Of a stretch of 64,000 nt of DNA, positions 9,701 to 18,715 are shown one piece after another. The notes below the pieces were generated by a model. It did no database searches, was not told the origin of the DNA, and saw nothing but the letters and a program-made list of their open reading frames with translations. Each line of letters starts with the position of its first letter. Position 1 is the stretch's first letter. This DNA comes from Candidatus Levyibacteriota bacterium (lineage in GTDB: Bacteria > Patescibacteriota > Microgenomatia > Levybacterales > UBA12049). The position numbers were made by a program, and so were the translations under genes. The DNA lies in NCBI GenBank assembly GCA_003173895.1, contig PJMG01000002.1, forward strand, positions 26,974-90,973, given 5' to 3'.

Positions 9701-11469
9701 CTACCTTAACATTTTTAAGTTTCGATGTTATGCTTGCTAATCATTATTTATCTCCTATAAATGCAGGTAAATATGCTTTAGTATCAACTATTGGTAAAAC
9801 TATTTATTTGGTAGGCGGATTAGTCGCACAGTTTTTAGGCGCATATGTAAGCAGAACTGAAGGTGAAGGTAAAAACTCAAAAAGAGTTTTCTATGATTTT
9901 TTGCTTTTAACTGGGAGTTTAACAATTTTAGCATTCATATTGATAGGACTCTTGGGACACATTACTCTACCAATTCTTTTTGGTAGTAAAGTTTTAGCTA
10001 TTTTACCTTTTATTCCTGTTTTTTGTTTTGCAATTGCTTGTTTTACTATAGCCACACTTTTTTCTTATTATCACTTAAACAAGCGCATTTATTTAACTCC
10101 AATTATTTCATTTTTAATTGGAATTGTACAAATTCTTTTAATAATTAAATTTCACCAAACAATCGGCAATATCGTAGATGTTATGGCTTTGGTAGGAATT
10201 ATCAATGTATCTATTATGATCATTCTTCATATTTTTGAATCTAGAGTTAAAATTCTTGAGAGTAACATTTCAGATTTTTTTGGTCTGTTTTTAACACAAA
10301 AATTTAAATCATCTGGTAAGAAAAATTTAAATATTCTCATTTTTAACTGGAGAGACACTAAGCATAAATGGGCGGGAGGAGCAGAAGCATATTTACAAGA
10401 AATAGCAAAGCGCTGGGTAAAAGCTGGAAATTCTGTTACAATTTTTTGCGGAAACAGTGTAAATAGGCCTAAAAATGATACTATAGATGGAGTTAAAATT
10501 ATTAGGCGTGGTGGTTTTTATACTGTTTATGTTTGGGCAATCCTCTATTATATTTTTAAATTTAGGCATAAATTTGATGTAATCATAGATAGTGAAAATG
10601 GAATACCATTTTTTACTCCACTCTATTCTAGAGTAAGCAAATTTTTATTAATTCATCATGTACACCAAGAAATACATAGAAGCCAGTTAAAATTCCCTCT
10701 TTCACAAATAGCCTTATTTTTAGAGGGCAAACTAATGCCTTTTGTTTATCGCAATCAAATAGTTATTACTGTTTCACAGTCATCAAAAAAAGAGTTAGAA
10801 CAAATAGGAGTAAATAAAGATAATATTCATATTGTTCATCCCGGAGTAACTACAACTTTATTGAAAAAGAGTAAAAAAACTGCGTATCCCTCTATAGTTT
10901 ATTTAGGAAGACTAAAAGCGTATAAAAATGTGGATATCGCGCTTAAAGCATTTGCCCAGATCTTAAAAGAATATCCAAATGCTAAGTTTACTATAGCTGG
11001 AACAGGTGAAATGGGAGGAATTTTACAATATCTAACTGGCAAATTAGGGATTAAAGATAATGTAGAATTTTTAGGGGCTGTAACAGAAGAACAAAAGGCT
11101 GAAGTTTTAGCTAAAAGTTGGGTAAGCATACAACCCTCTATGATAGAAGGTTGGGGAATAACTGTTATTGAAGCCAATGCTAGTGGTACGCCAGTGATCG
11201 CTTCTAACGTAAATGGTCTAAGAGATTCAATAGTACATAATAGAACAGGTGTCTTAGTAAGAGTTAAAAATATTCAAGAATTTTCCGATGCTATTAAAAA
11301 ATGTTTCAGTGATAAGAAATTTTTAAAGACATTATCAGAGGAAGCGTATTTATGGTCAAATAATTTTTCTTGGGATATTAGCGCAGATATATTTTATAAA
11401 ACCATACTTAATGAATTAAATAAAAATGTTGAAAATATTAATTTTTATACTAAAGAAAAAGATAAATAG
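6775..11469 (+). CDS. 1564-aa multidomain glycosyltransferase: DPM-like GT2, processive cellulose-synthase-like GT2 with TM helices, Wzx/MOP-like flippase and GT4
   Basis: VIPVWNEE/IDDHSTD/IDADLQYPP; TKPKACNYG/IYDAED/TEDADLG/QRSRW/YWEKT; a long multi-TM block; NWRDTKHKWAGGAE/EGWGITVIEA. Confidence 0.88.
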   Translation: MRKISVVIPVWNEEQNIASLVKRVHDSLSKEKITYEIVFIDDHSTDDTKKILKTLAKKYNISIFDKEGKKGKSFSLIEGFEKAQNDIVAMIDADLQYPPEALPKMLEKIEKGEADIVVANRVKVNTSKIRKFISRSFRFIFGKVLFGLENDIQAGLKVLRKELIYEANINPSSSWTLDLELLHKAKNLGYVIQNYDIFFEKRKNGKSKVSLVKASLEIGLNALSVRLKPLTPTHLRPSSRQSMLGAGIKHSGRTFVTHTTLHYSQSALQTFIFKQKIFIFIAIIATLTGLILNPILTLQIIIGILSFIYFIDVCFNFYLIIKSLHQPQEITTSEEELAQINESKLPIYSILCPLYKEAHIIPQFLESIDKLDYPKNKLDVMLLLEEDDQTSIDTVKQMPLPSYVRMLVVPNSQPKTKPKACNYGLAYAKGEYLVIYDAEDIPDSMQLKKAYLAFKKVDSKVFCLQAKLNYYNPHQNLLTRFFTAEYSLWFDITLTGLQSINTSIPLGGTSNHFKTINLKKLEGWDPFNVTEDADLGIRLFKQGYKTAIIDSVTLEEANSKWGNWLRQRSRWIKGYMQTYLVHTRNNLRFAKETGWHSLIFQLVVGGKIAFILINPFLWITTIAYFSLNAIVGPTIESLYPPFVFYMAAFSLVVGNFLFLYYFMIGAAKREQWSLIKYIFLTPFYWLMISIAGCIALYQLLFKPHYWEKTIHGFYKNKKKDDDLVARAVVETSAIENISFPKKVWKQFTSKILEKYFGQGFILIISTIISNIVNYFYIAYLGRTISFQDLALVGLINSFYYITSIPFGALFSTVSYKGAFIEGKYGKNSASTFFTHAKKQAKIFTIIFVGIWIIFSPFMASFFNLSNILPILLFTFVWIGGSAYFINRGFIFGTFGFISLSLIYIFEPIIKFILSIILVHYNLAYFTYGSIPISFFLGFLLSEFLVRKNKKLTKVDLGNDSKFPYKFFFISTLSGLSTLTFLSFDVMLANHYLSPINAGKYALVSTIGKTIYLVGGLVAQFLGAYVSRTEGEGKNSKRVFYDFLLLTGSLTILAFILIGLLGHITLPILFGSKVLAILPFIPVFCFAIACFTIATLFSYYHLNKRIYLTPIISFLIGIVQILLIIKFHQTIGNIVDVMALVGIINVSIMIILHIFESRVKILESNISDFFGLFLTQKFKSSGKKNLNILIFNWRDTKHKWAGGAEAYLQEIAKRWVKAGNSVTIFCGNSVNRPKNDTIDGVKIIRRGGFYTVYVWAILYYIFKFRHKFDVIIDSENGIPFFTPLYSRVSKFLLIHHVHQEIHRSQLKFPLSQIALFLEGKLMPFVYRNQIVITVSQSSKKELEQIGVNKDNIHIVHPGVTTTLLKKSKKTAYPSIVYLGRLKAYKNVDIALKAFAQILKEYPNAKFTIAGTGEMGGILQYLTGKLGIKDNVEFLGAVTEEQKAEVLAKSWVSIQPSMIEGWGITVIEANASGTPVIASNVNGLRDSIVHNRTGVLVRVKNIQEFSDAIKKCFSDKKFLKTLSEEAYLWSNNFSWDISADIFYKTILNELNKNVENINFYTKEKDK

Positions 11470-12336
11470 ATGAAGTTAAAAAAAACATTAACAGTTACTA
11501 TTGGAATACCTGCTTACAATGAGGAAGACCACATTAAGAGTCTTCTTCTTTCTATTCTATCACAGAAACAAATAGGATTTCTTATAAAGAAAATAATTGT
11601 AGTTTCAGACGGTTCTACCGACAAGACTGTTATAAGAGCAAAATTAATTAAAGATAAAAGAATAGAAATAATTAATAGTAAAGTTAATTTAGGCCGAATA
11701 AAAAGACGAAAACAAATTATTAATTTATCTAAAACTGATATTTTAGTTTTTCTGGATGGTGATGGAATTTTAGAAAATGAAAAATCATTATTTGAACTTA
11801 TTAAAATATTTAATTCTAATGATAAAATCGCTCTGGTAGGAGGGAATCCTTATTCATTAGAAGAAGACACTTTTTTATCACATTGTTTAGCTCGACCCCG
11901 TGACATTTATACCAGAGTTAGATATCAAATTAAAAACGGAAATAATGTATTCAGTTGTATGGGAGGAATGTTAGCAATTAAAAATAATTTGTACAAAAAG
12001 TTAAAACTACCAAATGATATTTTTGCCGATGATACTTTTATTTATTTCTCTTGTTTAAAAAGCGGTTTTATATTTAGAAATTCTAAATTAGCGAAAGTTT
12101 TACATCAATTCCCACAAAGTTGGAAATCTCAGATTAATCGTAATAAAAGACATAACAAATCAAATGATGAACTTAAAAAACATTTTGATAAAAATTTAAT
12201 TAACCAAGAGTTTTATATTCCTGATAATTTATTAAATAAAGAAAGATTTAAAGAAGTGATTAAATATCCATTTTATACTTTAGTTTCATTAACAATTAAT
12301 TTTTATATTAAATTACTCTCAAAATATGAAAAATAA
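11470..12336 (+). CDS. Glycosyltransferase family 2
   Basis: IGIPAYNEE, SDGSTD, FLDGD, ADD. Confidence 0.9.
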   Translation: MKLKKTLTVTIGIPAYNEEDHIKSLLLSILSQKQIGFLIKKIIVVSDGSTDKTVIRAKLIKDKRIEIINSKVNLGRIKRRKQIINLSKTDILVFLDGDGILENEKSLFELIKIFNSNDKIALVGGNPYSLEEDTFLSHCLARPRDIYTRVRYQIKNGNNVFSCMGGMLAIKNNLYKKLKLPNDIFADDTFIYFSCLKSGFIFRNSKLAKVLHQFPQSWKSQINRNKRHNKSNDELKKHFDKNLINQEFYIPDNLLNKERFKEVIKYPFYTLVSLTINFYIKLLSKYEK

Positions 12337-13234
12337 AATTACTTTAACTATTGGTATTGCTGCATATAATGAAGAAAATAATATTGGTAATTTAATTAGT
12401 TCATTGGTAAAGCAGAATTCTAAAAACTTTAAATTAGAAAAAATAATTATTCTATCCGATGGGTCTACTGATAAAACAGATCAAATAGTTAAAAATTTAG
12501 CTAAGAAAAATAGAAAAATTTTTTTAATTAACGATTATAAAAGAAAAGGTAAACCAAATAGACTAAATTATCTTTTTAAAATAAATAAAAGTGATGTGGT
12601 TGTTTGTTTAGACGCTGATATAGAGTTAAGTAGTAAAAATGTTTTAGATGAAATAATAATGTCTTTTATTAAAAATTCAAAAATTTCTTTAGTTGGAGGT
12701 AATGATATACCAAAACAACCTAGAACTTTTTTTGAATCCATTAATGATACATGGATTAATTACTGGCAGTATACCAGACGTCCTTTAAACCATTGGAATA
12801 ATCCATTAAATTGCCCAGGAAGATTGTATGCCTTGAGAAAAAATTTAGCTAAACAAATAAAAATACCATTAAATATTACAGTAGATGAAGGTTTTGTTTT
12901 TTATAAAAATAAACAATTAGGATATGACTTTCAATTCTGCCCTAACGCTATCGTTTATTTTAAAGCACCAGATAATTTTTCTGATTTCTTAAAGCAATCT
13001 CATAGATTTGGTAAAACTGGAAATCAATTAGCTAGATATTTTAATATTAAAAATAATAGACATAATGATATATCAAAATATAAAGAACTTATTTTTTATA
13101 TTCAATATTTCTTTAAATCACCTATAAAATTCCCTTTAGCGCTTTTACTCCAGATGATTGTGAAAACATATAGTACAAAGGCAAAGGAAAAATATAATAA
13201 AGGCCTATGGACTCCGATTAAATCGTCAAAATAA
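12326..13234 (+). CDS. Glycosyltransferase family 2
   Basis: IGIAAYNEE, SDGSTD, GK, LDAD. Confidence 0.9.
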   Translation: MKNKITLTIGIAAYNEENNIGNLISSLVKQNSKNFKLEKIIILSDGSTDKTDQIVKNLAKKNRKIFLINDYKRKGKPNRLNYLFKINKSDVVVCLDADIELSSKNVLDEIIMSFIKNSKISLVGGNDIPKQPRTFFESINDTWINYWQYTRRPLNHWNNPLNCPGRLYALRKNLAKQIKIPLNITVDEGFVFYKNKQLGYDFQFCPNAIVYFKAPDNFSDFLKQSHRFGKTGNQLARYFNIKNNRHNDISKYKELIFYIQYFFKSPIKFPLALLLQMIVKTYSTKAKEKYNKGLWTPIKSSK

Positions 13235-13235
13235 T

Positions 13236-14153
13236 ATGAAAAAAAATTTAACCATTACTATTGGTATACCAGCATATAATGAAGAAGCAAATATAAGTAA
13301 TTTATTACATGATTTGTTTATGCAAAAATTTGACAATTTTGTACTAAGTCAAATAATTATTTCATCTGATGGATCCACTGATAGAACTAATAAAATTATA
13401 AAAAATTTAAAAAACCGAAATGTAAAATTAATTGTAAATAAAACTAGAATAGGGATAGCACGTGGACTTAATCAAATAATCAAAGCAAGTAATACAGATA
13501 TTTTAATACTATTAGATGCTGATATAAGGATTATTGATAAATATTTTATAAAAAAACTTATAGAACCTATTGTTAAAACCCAAGCAGATTTAACATCTTC
13601 TAAGATTAAACCATTAGACCCTAAGAATTTTTTCTCCAAAATTCTAGCAGTCAGTATGCTTTATAAATCAATTATTTTTATTAACGTAAATAATGGCAAT
13701 AATGTTTATACCTGTTATGGACTAGCACGGGGTTTATCAAAAAGATTTTATAAAAAACTTAAATTTCCAGTATCTATTGGAAATGATATGTATTCTTATT
13801 TAGCATGCAAAAAGAAAAATTTTAATTTTATAAATGTTTCAAGTGCAATTGCTTATTATAGATTACCTGATAATTTTAATGATCATAAAAAACAAAGCCA
13901 AAGATTTTATTTTACTGAAAATGAACAAGAGAAATTATTTGATAAAAATTTTGTTAAATCCCAGACTCATATCCCATTTAGCGCCTATTTAGACAGTATT
14001 GGCAATCTAAGCCAAATTTTGATAAAATATCCTATATTAACTTTTGCCTATTTATCTATTCTTTTTTACATTAAATTAAGTAAAAAACCTGAAAATGCTA
14101 AAAATCAAAAATGGGATATAGCTAAAAGTTCTAAAAATTTATCGATAATATGA
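13236..14153 (+). CDS. Glycosyltransferase family 2
   Basis: IGIPAYNEE, SDGSTD, LDAD. Confidence 0.9.
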   Translation: MKKNLTITIGIPAYNEEANISNLLHDLFMQKFDNFVLSQIIISSDGSTDRTNKIIKNLKNRNVKLIVNKTRIGIARGLNQIIKASNTDILILLDADIRIIDKYFIKKLIEPIVKTQADLTSSKIKPLDPKNFFSKILAVSMLYKSIIFINVNNGNNVYTCYGLARGLSKRFYKKLKFPVSIGNDMYSYLACKKKNFNFINVSSAIAYYRLPDNFNDHKKQSQRFYFTENEQEKLFDKNFVKSQTHIPFSAYLDSIGNLSQILIKYPILTFAYLSILFYIKLSKKPENAKNQKWDIAKSSKNLSII

Positions 14154-14950
14154 GCGCACTATATATACCAATGAGACGAACTATGTATTTAACTTTAGGC
14201 ATGGTTAATAATATAGTTAAGTTAAAAAATAAAAATATATTTATACTTTGCTATCATAGTATTAGTAATGATGGATGGGCTTTTGCTGTTAGTTTACAAA
14301 ATTTTAAAAAACAAATTAATTATTTAAAAGATAAATACCAATTTATAACTCTTTCAGATTTATTAGATTATATTAATGGTAAAAAGAATATTGATAAACC
14401 TTCAGTAGTACTGACTTTTGATGATGGTTATAAAGACGTATTACAAACAGTTAGTTTTTTAAAAAATAAAAAAATAAAACCAACTATGTTTCTTCTTTCC
14501 GATATTAAGCATGCTAATAGGAAAGAATTAGCTACAAATCGTGCATTTTTAAATAAAGGAGAACTAAAATCATTAATTAAAAATGGTTGGGAACTAGGTT
14601 CTCATACTGCTACTCACGCTAATATGAATACCTTAAATAATAAAGAAATAATAGATGAAATTATTAATTCTAAAAAAACACTTGAAAAAGAATTAAATAT
14701 TTCAATCCAATATTTAGCTTATCCTAAAGGTAAATATAATGAAAAAATTTTATCTGCTGTAAAAAAAGCAAAATATAAAATGGCTCTAACTATGGATGAT
14801 GGAAACATTCAAAAAGGAATAAATATTTATAGAATCCCTAGAATTGGAGTGGATGGAACTCATTCATTTAGTGAATTTAAAAATCTTTTTTTACCATTAA
14901 ATATAAAAGCAAGAGAGATAATTAAATCAGTATTTTATAAACAAAAATAA
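14150..14950 (+). CDS. Polysaccharide deacetylase (CE4, IcaB/PgaB-like)
   Basis: LCYHSI, LTFDDGY, GSHTATH, AYPKG, IPRI. Confidence 0.92.
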   Translation: MSALYIPMRRTMYLTLGMVNNIVKLKNKNIFILCYHSISNDGWAFAVSLQNFKKQINYLKDKYQFITLSDLLDYINGKKNIDKPSVVLTFDDGYKDVLQTVSFLKNKKIKPTMFLLSDIKHANRKELATNRAFLNKGELKSLIKNGWELGSHTATHANMNTLNNKEIIDEIINSKKTLEKELNISIQYLAYPKGKYNEKILSAVKKAKYKMALTMDDGNIQKGINIYRIPRIGVDGTHSFSEFKNLFLPLNIKAREIIKSVFYKQK

Positions 14951-14965
14951 TACGATAATAAAATT

Positions 14966-16150
14966 ATGAAAAATAAAAAGATATCAATAATAGTTAAATA
15001 CTTTTATCCAGTTACTGCTGGGATAGAAACTAATATCGCTGAAACCTACAGTGTATTGACAAAAAAGGGGTGGAATATTGATATCCATACTTCTAAAGAT
15101 ACACTTACAGAAAAAAATGTATTACCAAATAAAGATATAATTCAAGACCTAAATGTTAAGAGATATCCTTTTAGTAAATTTGGTTACTGGCCAAAAATAA
15201 ATTGGGCCCAAACAGATCTTATTTGTCTCCATAATTTTGATATTTTCCCTCATTTTCAGATACTAGTTTATTTAATGATTCGCAAATGGTTTAAAATAAA
15301 AACTGGCAAAATAGTGCTTACTCCTCATGGAGGTTTTACGCCAGAATGGTCTACATTTTCTTTTATACAAAGAACTATCAAAAAAACTTATCATAAAACA
15401 CTAGGAGCTTGGTTAATCAATAATACTGTGGATGTTACGAGAGCAGTATCTGAATGGGAGAGAGATGAGATCATAAAATATGGAGTTAAAAAAGAATTAG
15501 TAGTCATGATCCCGAATGGAGTAGAAAATGAAGCTTACAAAAATCTAGAAAAATTAGCATCTACTGATATTAAAAGAAAAGTAAAATCATTTAGAAACTA
15601 TATTATACAAATTGGTAGAATTTATAAAATAAAGAATTATGAAACTACTATCCGAGCATTAGCAAAAACTCCAAAAAATTTAAAATATGTAATAGCTGGC
15701 CCTATCCAAAAGGATAAAACCTATCAACAGTTTTTAGAAAAATTAATAGACAAATTAGCTTTAACAAATAGAGTCATTTTTTTAGGTGTAGTTAAAGGTG
15801 TAGATAAATATTATTTAATTAAGCATGCCCAAATGATGGTTCATATGGCACTTTGGGAAAGTTTTTGTAATGTGGTTCATGAAGGACTTAGCCAGGGACT
15901 GGTATGTATAGTCGCTAATAATACTGCACTTCCCTATTTAATCAAAAATGGAATTAATGGCTATTGTTTAGAAACTACAAATGAAAATAAAGTCGCAGAA
16001 AAAATAAATTTTGTTTTAAAAAATAAGAACAGTAAATTTATAATAGATATGGAAAAAAGAAATAGAAAGTATGGTTTAGAAAATTCGTGGGAGAATGTCG
16101 CGTATAAGATAAATGATTTATATAAAAATTTATTAGAGAATAATTTATGA
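14966..16150 (+). CDS. Glycosyltransferase family 4
   Basis: YFYPVTAGIE, TPHG, GRIYKIKN, ESFCNVVHE (E-X7-E). Confidence 0.88.
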   Translation: MKNKKISIIVKYFYPVTAGIETNIAETYSVLTKKGWNIDIHTSKDTLTEKNVLPNKDIIQDLNVKRYPFSKFGYWPKINWAQTDLICLHNFDIFPHFQILVYLMIRKWFKIKTGKIVLTPHGGFTPEWSTFSFIQRTIKKTYHKTLGAWLINNTVDVTRAVSEWERDEIIKYGVKKELVVMIPNGVENEAYKNLEKLASTDIKRKVKSFRNYIIQIGRIYKIKNYETTIRALAKTPKNLKYVIAGPIQKDKTYQQFLEKLIDKLALTNRVIFLGVVKGVDKYYLIKHAQMMVHMALWESFCNVVHEGLSQGLVCIVANNTALPYLIKNGINGYCLETTNENKVAEKINFVLKNKNSKFIIDMEKRNRKYGLENSWENVAYKINDLYKNLLENNL

Positions 16151-16911
16151 TAGTAGAAACCATAAAAAAACTTATTAGTTCATTTTTTATTGAAACAACC
16201 GTCGTTATACCAGAGACTAATATGCTCCAAAAAAAAGTTGTTATTATCACTGGAGCAAGTGGCGGTGTTGGCAGAGCTGTGGGATTAACATTACTAAAAG
16301 AAAAGGCAATTGTGATTGCTGCTGGACGCAATATGCAGAGATTACAAAAAATATATAGTAAAAATAATGGTCACGTATTTCTTTTTTGTGCTGATGTAAC
16401 CAAAGAAAAAGATGTTAAAGAATTAGTACGCACAGTAATTAAAAAATACGGCAGAATTGATGCGCTGATTAACTGTGCAGGAGTATTTTTAGAAAAATCG
16501 ATAGAAAATACAACAGAAAAAGAATTCAGCAATATTGTAAATGTTAATATGAAAGGATTATTTTTGATGACGCGTGAAGTAGTACCATATATGAAGAAAA
16601 GAAACCAAGGGTTAATTATAAATATAGGTTCAAAAATCAGTCATAACTCTGGTGTTGCTCCTAAAAAAACGCTTTATGCAATGACCAAGTACGCTGTTGA
16701 AGGATTAAGTATTGCGTTATCGAATGAACTTCATAAATGGGGTATTAAAGTAACCTGTCTTATGCCGGGAACAATTAATACGTTTGTTTCTTTTAAATCG
16801 AAAAAATATCTTTCACCTTACTCTGTAGGTTATATTATTCTTATGATGCTACAACTTGAACAGGTTACATTTGAAAGTATCATTTTTAAATCAAAAAAAC
16901 AATATATATGA
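16147..16911 (+). CDS. Short-chain dehydrogenase/reductase (SDR)
   Basis: TGASGGVG, ADVT, NCAG, catalytic YAMTK. Confidence 0.92.
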   Translation: MIVETIKKLISSFFIETTVVIPETNMLQKKVVIITGASGGVGRAVGLTLLKEKAIVIAAGRNMQRLQKIYSKNNGHVFLFCADVTKEKDVKELVRTVIKKYGRIDALINCAGVFLEKSIENTTEKEFSNIVNVNMKGLFLMTREVVPYMKKRNQGLIINIGSKISHNSGVAPKKTLYAMTKYAVEGLSIALSNELHKWGIKVTCLMPGTINTFVSFKSKKYLSPYSVGYIILMMLQLEQVTFESIIFKSKKQYI

Positions 16912-18713
16912 AAAGCTTTAAATTAAAAATAAATAAAAAAATATTTAGCAATATAAACCTATCTATACATACTTTTATAAATAAAGTTATTTCCAAAATA
17001 AAAACAAAAGTGACTGTTTTTAAAAATTCGCCATTTTTCTTAGAAAATAAATTTATTTTAGATTATATCTCTAAATTATTTAAAGGTGTAATAAAATTTT
17101 TCCCTAAAAATAAAAGTACATTTATTACTATTTTTACACTGCTAATTTCAATTTTATTTTTCTCGACTATTATTAAAGGTGGCAAAGGAAATCCTATCTA
17201 TTATCAAGTGGAACATAATAAACAAATAGGGGGACCTTTTGAAGATTCTATAAGTTCCGCCAGATATGCTTTAACAGAATCTATTGTTCTAAATCAATCA
17301 CTTTTCCTTTCACCTAGTTTAGCAGAATTTGCAGCACCAGACGTAGTTTATTACAAAGGTAAATTTACTTCGGTTTTTACACCAGGAATTTCATTTTTAG
17401 GTGTACCTTTTTATTTTATTGGAAGTTTGCTTGGATTACCTCAATTATTTACTTATTTTGCTACTATACTTTTTGCTATATTAGATATTTTCCTTATAGC
17501 TAGAATTGCAGTAAAAGTTGGTTCTTCATATTTAGCTGGTATAATTGGCGGATGTATTTTTATATTTTGTACAAACGCTTTAACATATGGAATAAATTTT
17601 ACACAGCATGATGTAACTGCTGCAGTAGTTTTACTGGCTTTACTTAACGCATTCTCTAAAAGAAATTGGATAAATAATACTTTATTTGGTGTTCTAGTTG
17701 GAGCTAGTTTATTAATAGATATTCCAAATATTATTTTTTTGGCTCCTATTGGTTTATATATTTTGGCAAAAAGTTTTAGCTTTAAACAAATCAGAACACG
17801 TACTCAATTAATTTTTAATACTACTATTTTTGGTTTTATAGTTGGATTTATTCCCTTAATAATGCTTTTTGGTTGGTATAATTATCAGACTACTGGCTCA
17901 TATACTAAATTAGCCCAAAGTATAGGTATAACTAGTATGTTTTCTAAAAATGTCCCTCCTCAATTTGCGCCTAATAAACCATCTACGGCTCAACCAGTAT
18001 CTTTTAACTTTAATTTACATATCCCATTTGAAACACGTATTCAAGTAGAGGGTTTATACATTTTACTATTAAGTAACGAAAGATCTTGGATATTTTATTC
18101 TCCAATAGTTTTTGTTGGATTAATAGGCTTTATTTTACTTTATACAAAGATTGAAACACGATCTAAATCGCTGCTTATTTTAAGCATTATTATCGTAAAC
18201 ATACTTTTATATTCTATGTTTGATGATCCTTGGGGAGGATGGGCTTTTGGACCTAGATATTTGATACCTTCAGCAGCACTTTTAACAACTATGATTCCAG
18301 CTGCTATTGATCGTTTTAGGAAAAATATTATATTTATACTGCTATTTGTAATATTACTATATTATAGTATTTGGGTTAATGTTTTAGGAGCTTTAACCAC
18401 GTCTGCTATACCCCCTAAAGTAGAAGCGGTAGCATTACCTACACACATTCCATGGACATATAAATATAATGAACAGCTTATTAGTACTGGATTATTAACT
18501 TCTCTTATATATAATCTTTTTTTAACTAATTTAATTAGTCCCAACTTTTATTGGAATATACTTACAATTTCTATTTTTGTTTTCTTTATCATTTTATATA
18601 TTTTGCAATTTACTAAAACTGATAGAGTGGAATTTTTTCAGTCAATTTCACATGGATTTTATATTAAAAATAAATTTAAGTCAGTTTTTAATAGATTATT
18701 TAAATCACACTAA
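16908..18713 (+). CDS. Multi-pass membrane protein, probable GT-C fold glycosyltransferase
   Basis: More than 10 hydrophobic segments, extracytoplasmic loop PFE..RYA..PD, WGGWAFGPRYLIP motif; paralogue of 21620..23152. Confidence 0.65.
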   Translation: MKSFKLKINKKIFSNINLSIHTFINKVISKIKTKVTVFKNSPFFLENKFILDYISKLFKGVIKFFPKNKSTFITIFTLLISILFFSTIIKGGKGNPIYYQVEHNKQIGGPFEDSISSARYALTESIVLNQSLFLSPSLAEFAAPDVVYYKGKFTSVFTPGISFLGVPFYFIGSLLGLPQLFTYFATILFAILDIFLIARIAVKVGSSYLAGIIGGCIFIFCTNALTYGINFTQHDVTAAVVLLALLNAFSKRNWINNTLFGVLVGASLLIDIPNIIFLAPIGLYILAKSFSFKQIRTRTQLIFNTTIFGFIVGFIPLIMLFGWYNYQTTGSYTKLAQSIGITSMFSKNVPPQFAPNKPSTAQPVSFNFNLHIPFETRIQVEGLYILLLSNERSWIFYSPIVFVGLIGFILLYTKIETRSKSLLILSIIIVNILLYSMFDDPWGGWAFGPRYLIPSAALLTTMIPAAIDRFRKNIIFILLFVILLYYSIWVNVLGALTTSAIPPKVEAVALPTHIPWTYKYNEQLISTGLLTSLIYNLFLTNLISPNFYWNILTISIFVFFIILYILQFTKTDRVEFFQSISHGFYIKNKFKSVFNRLFKSH

Positions 18714-18715
18714 AT

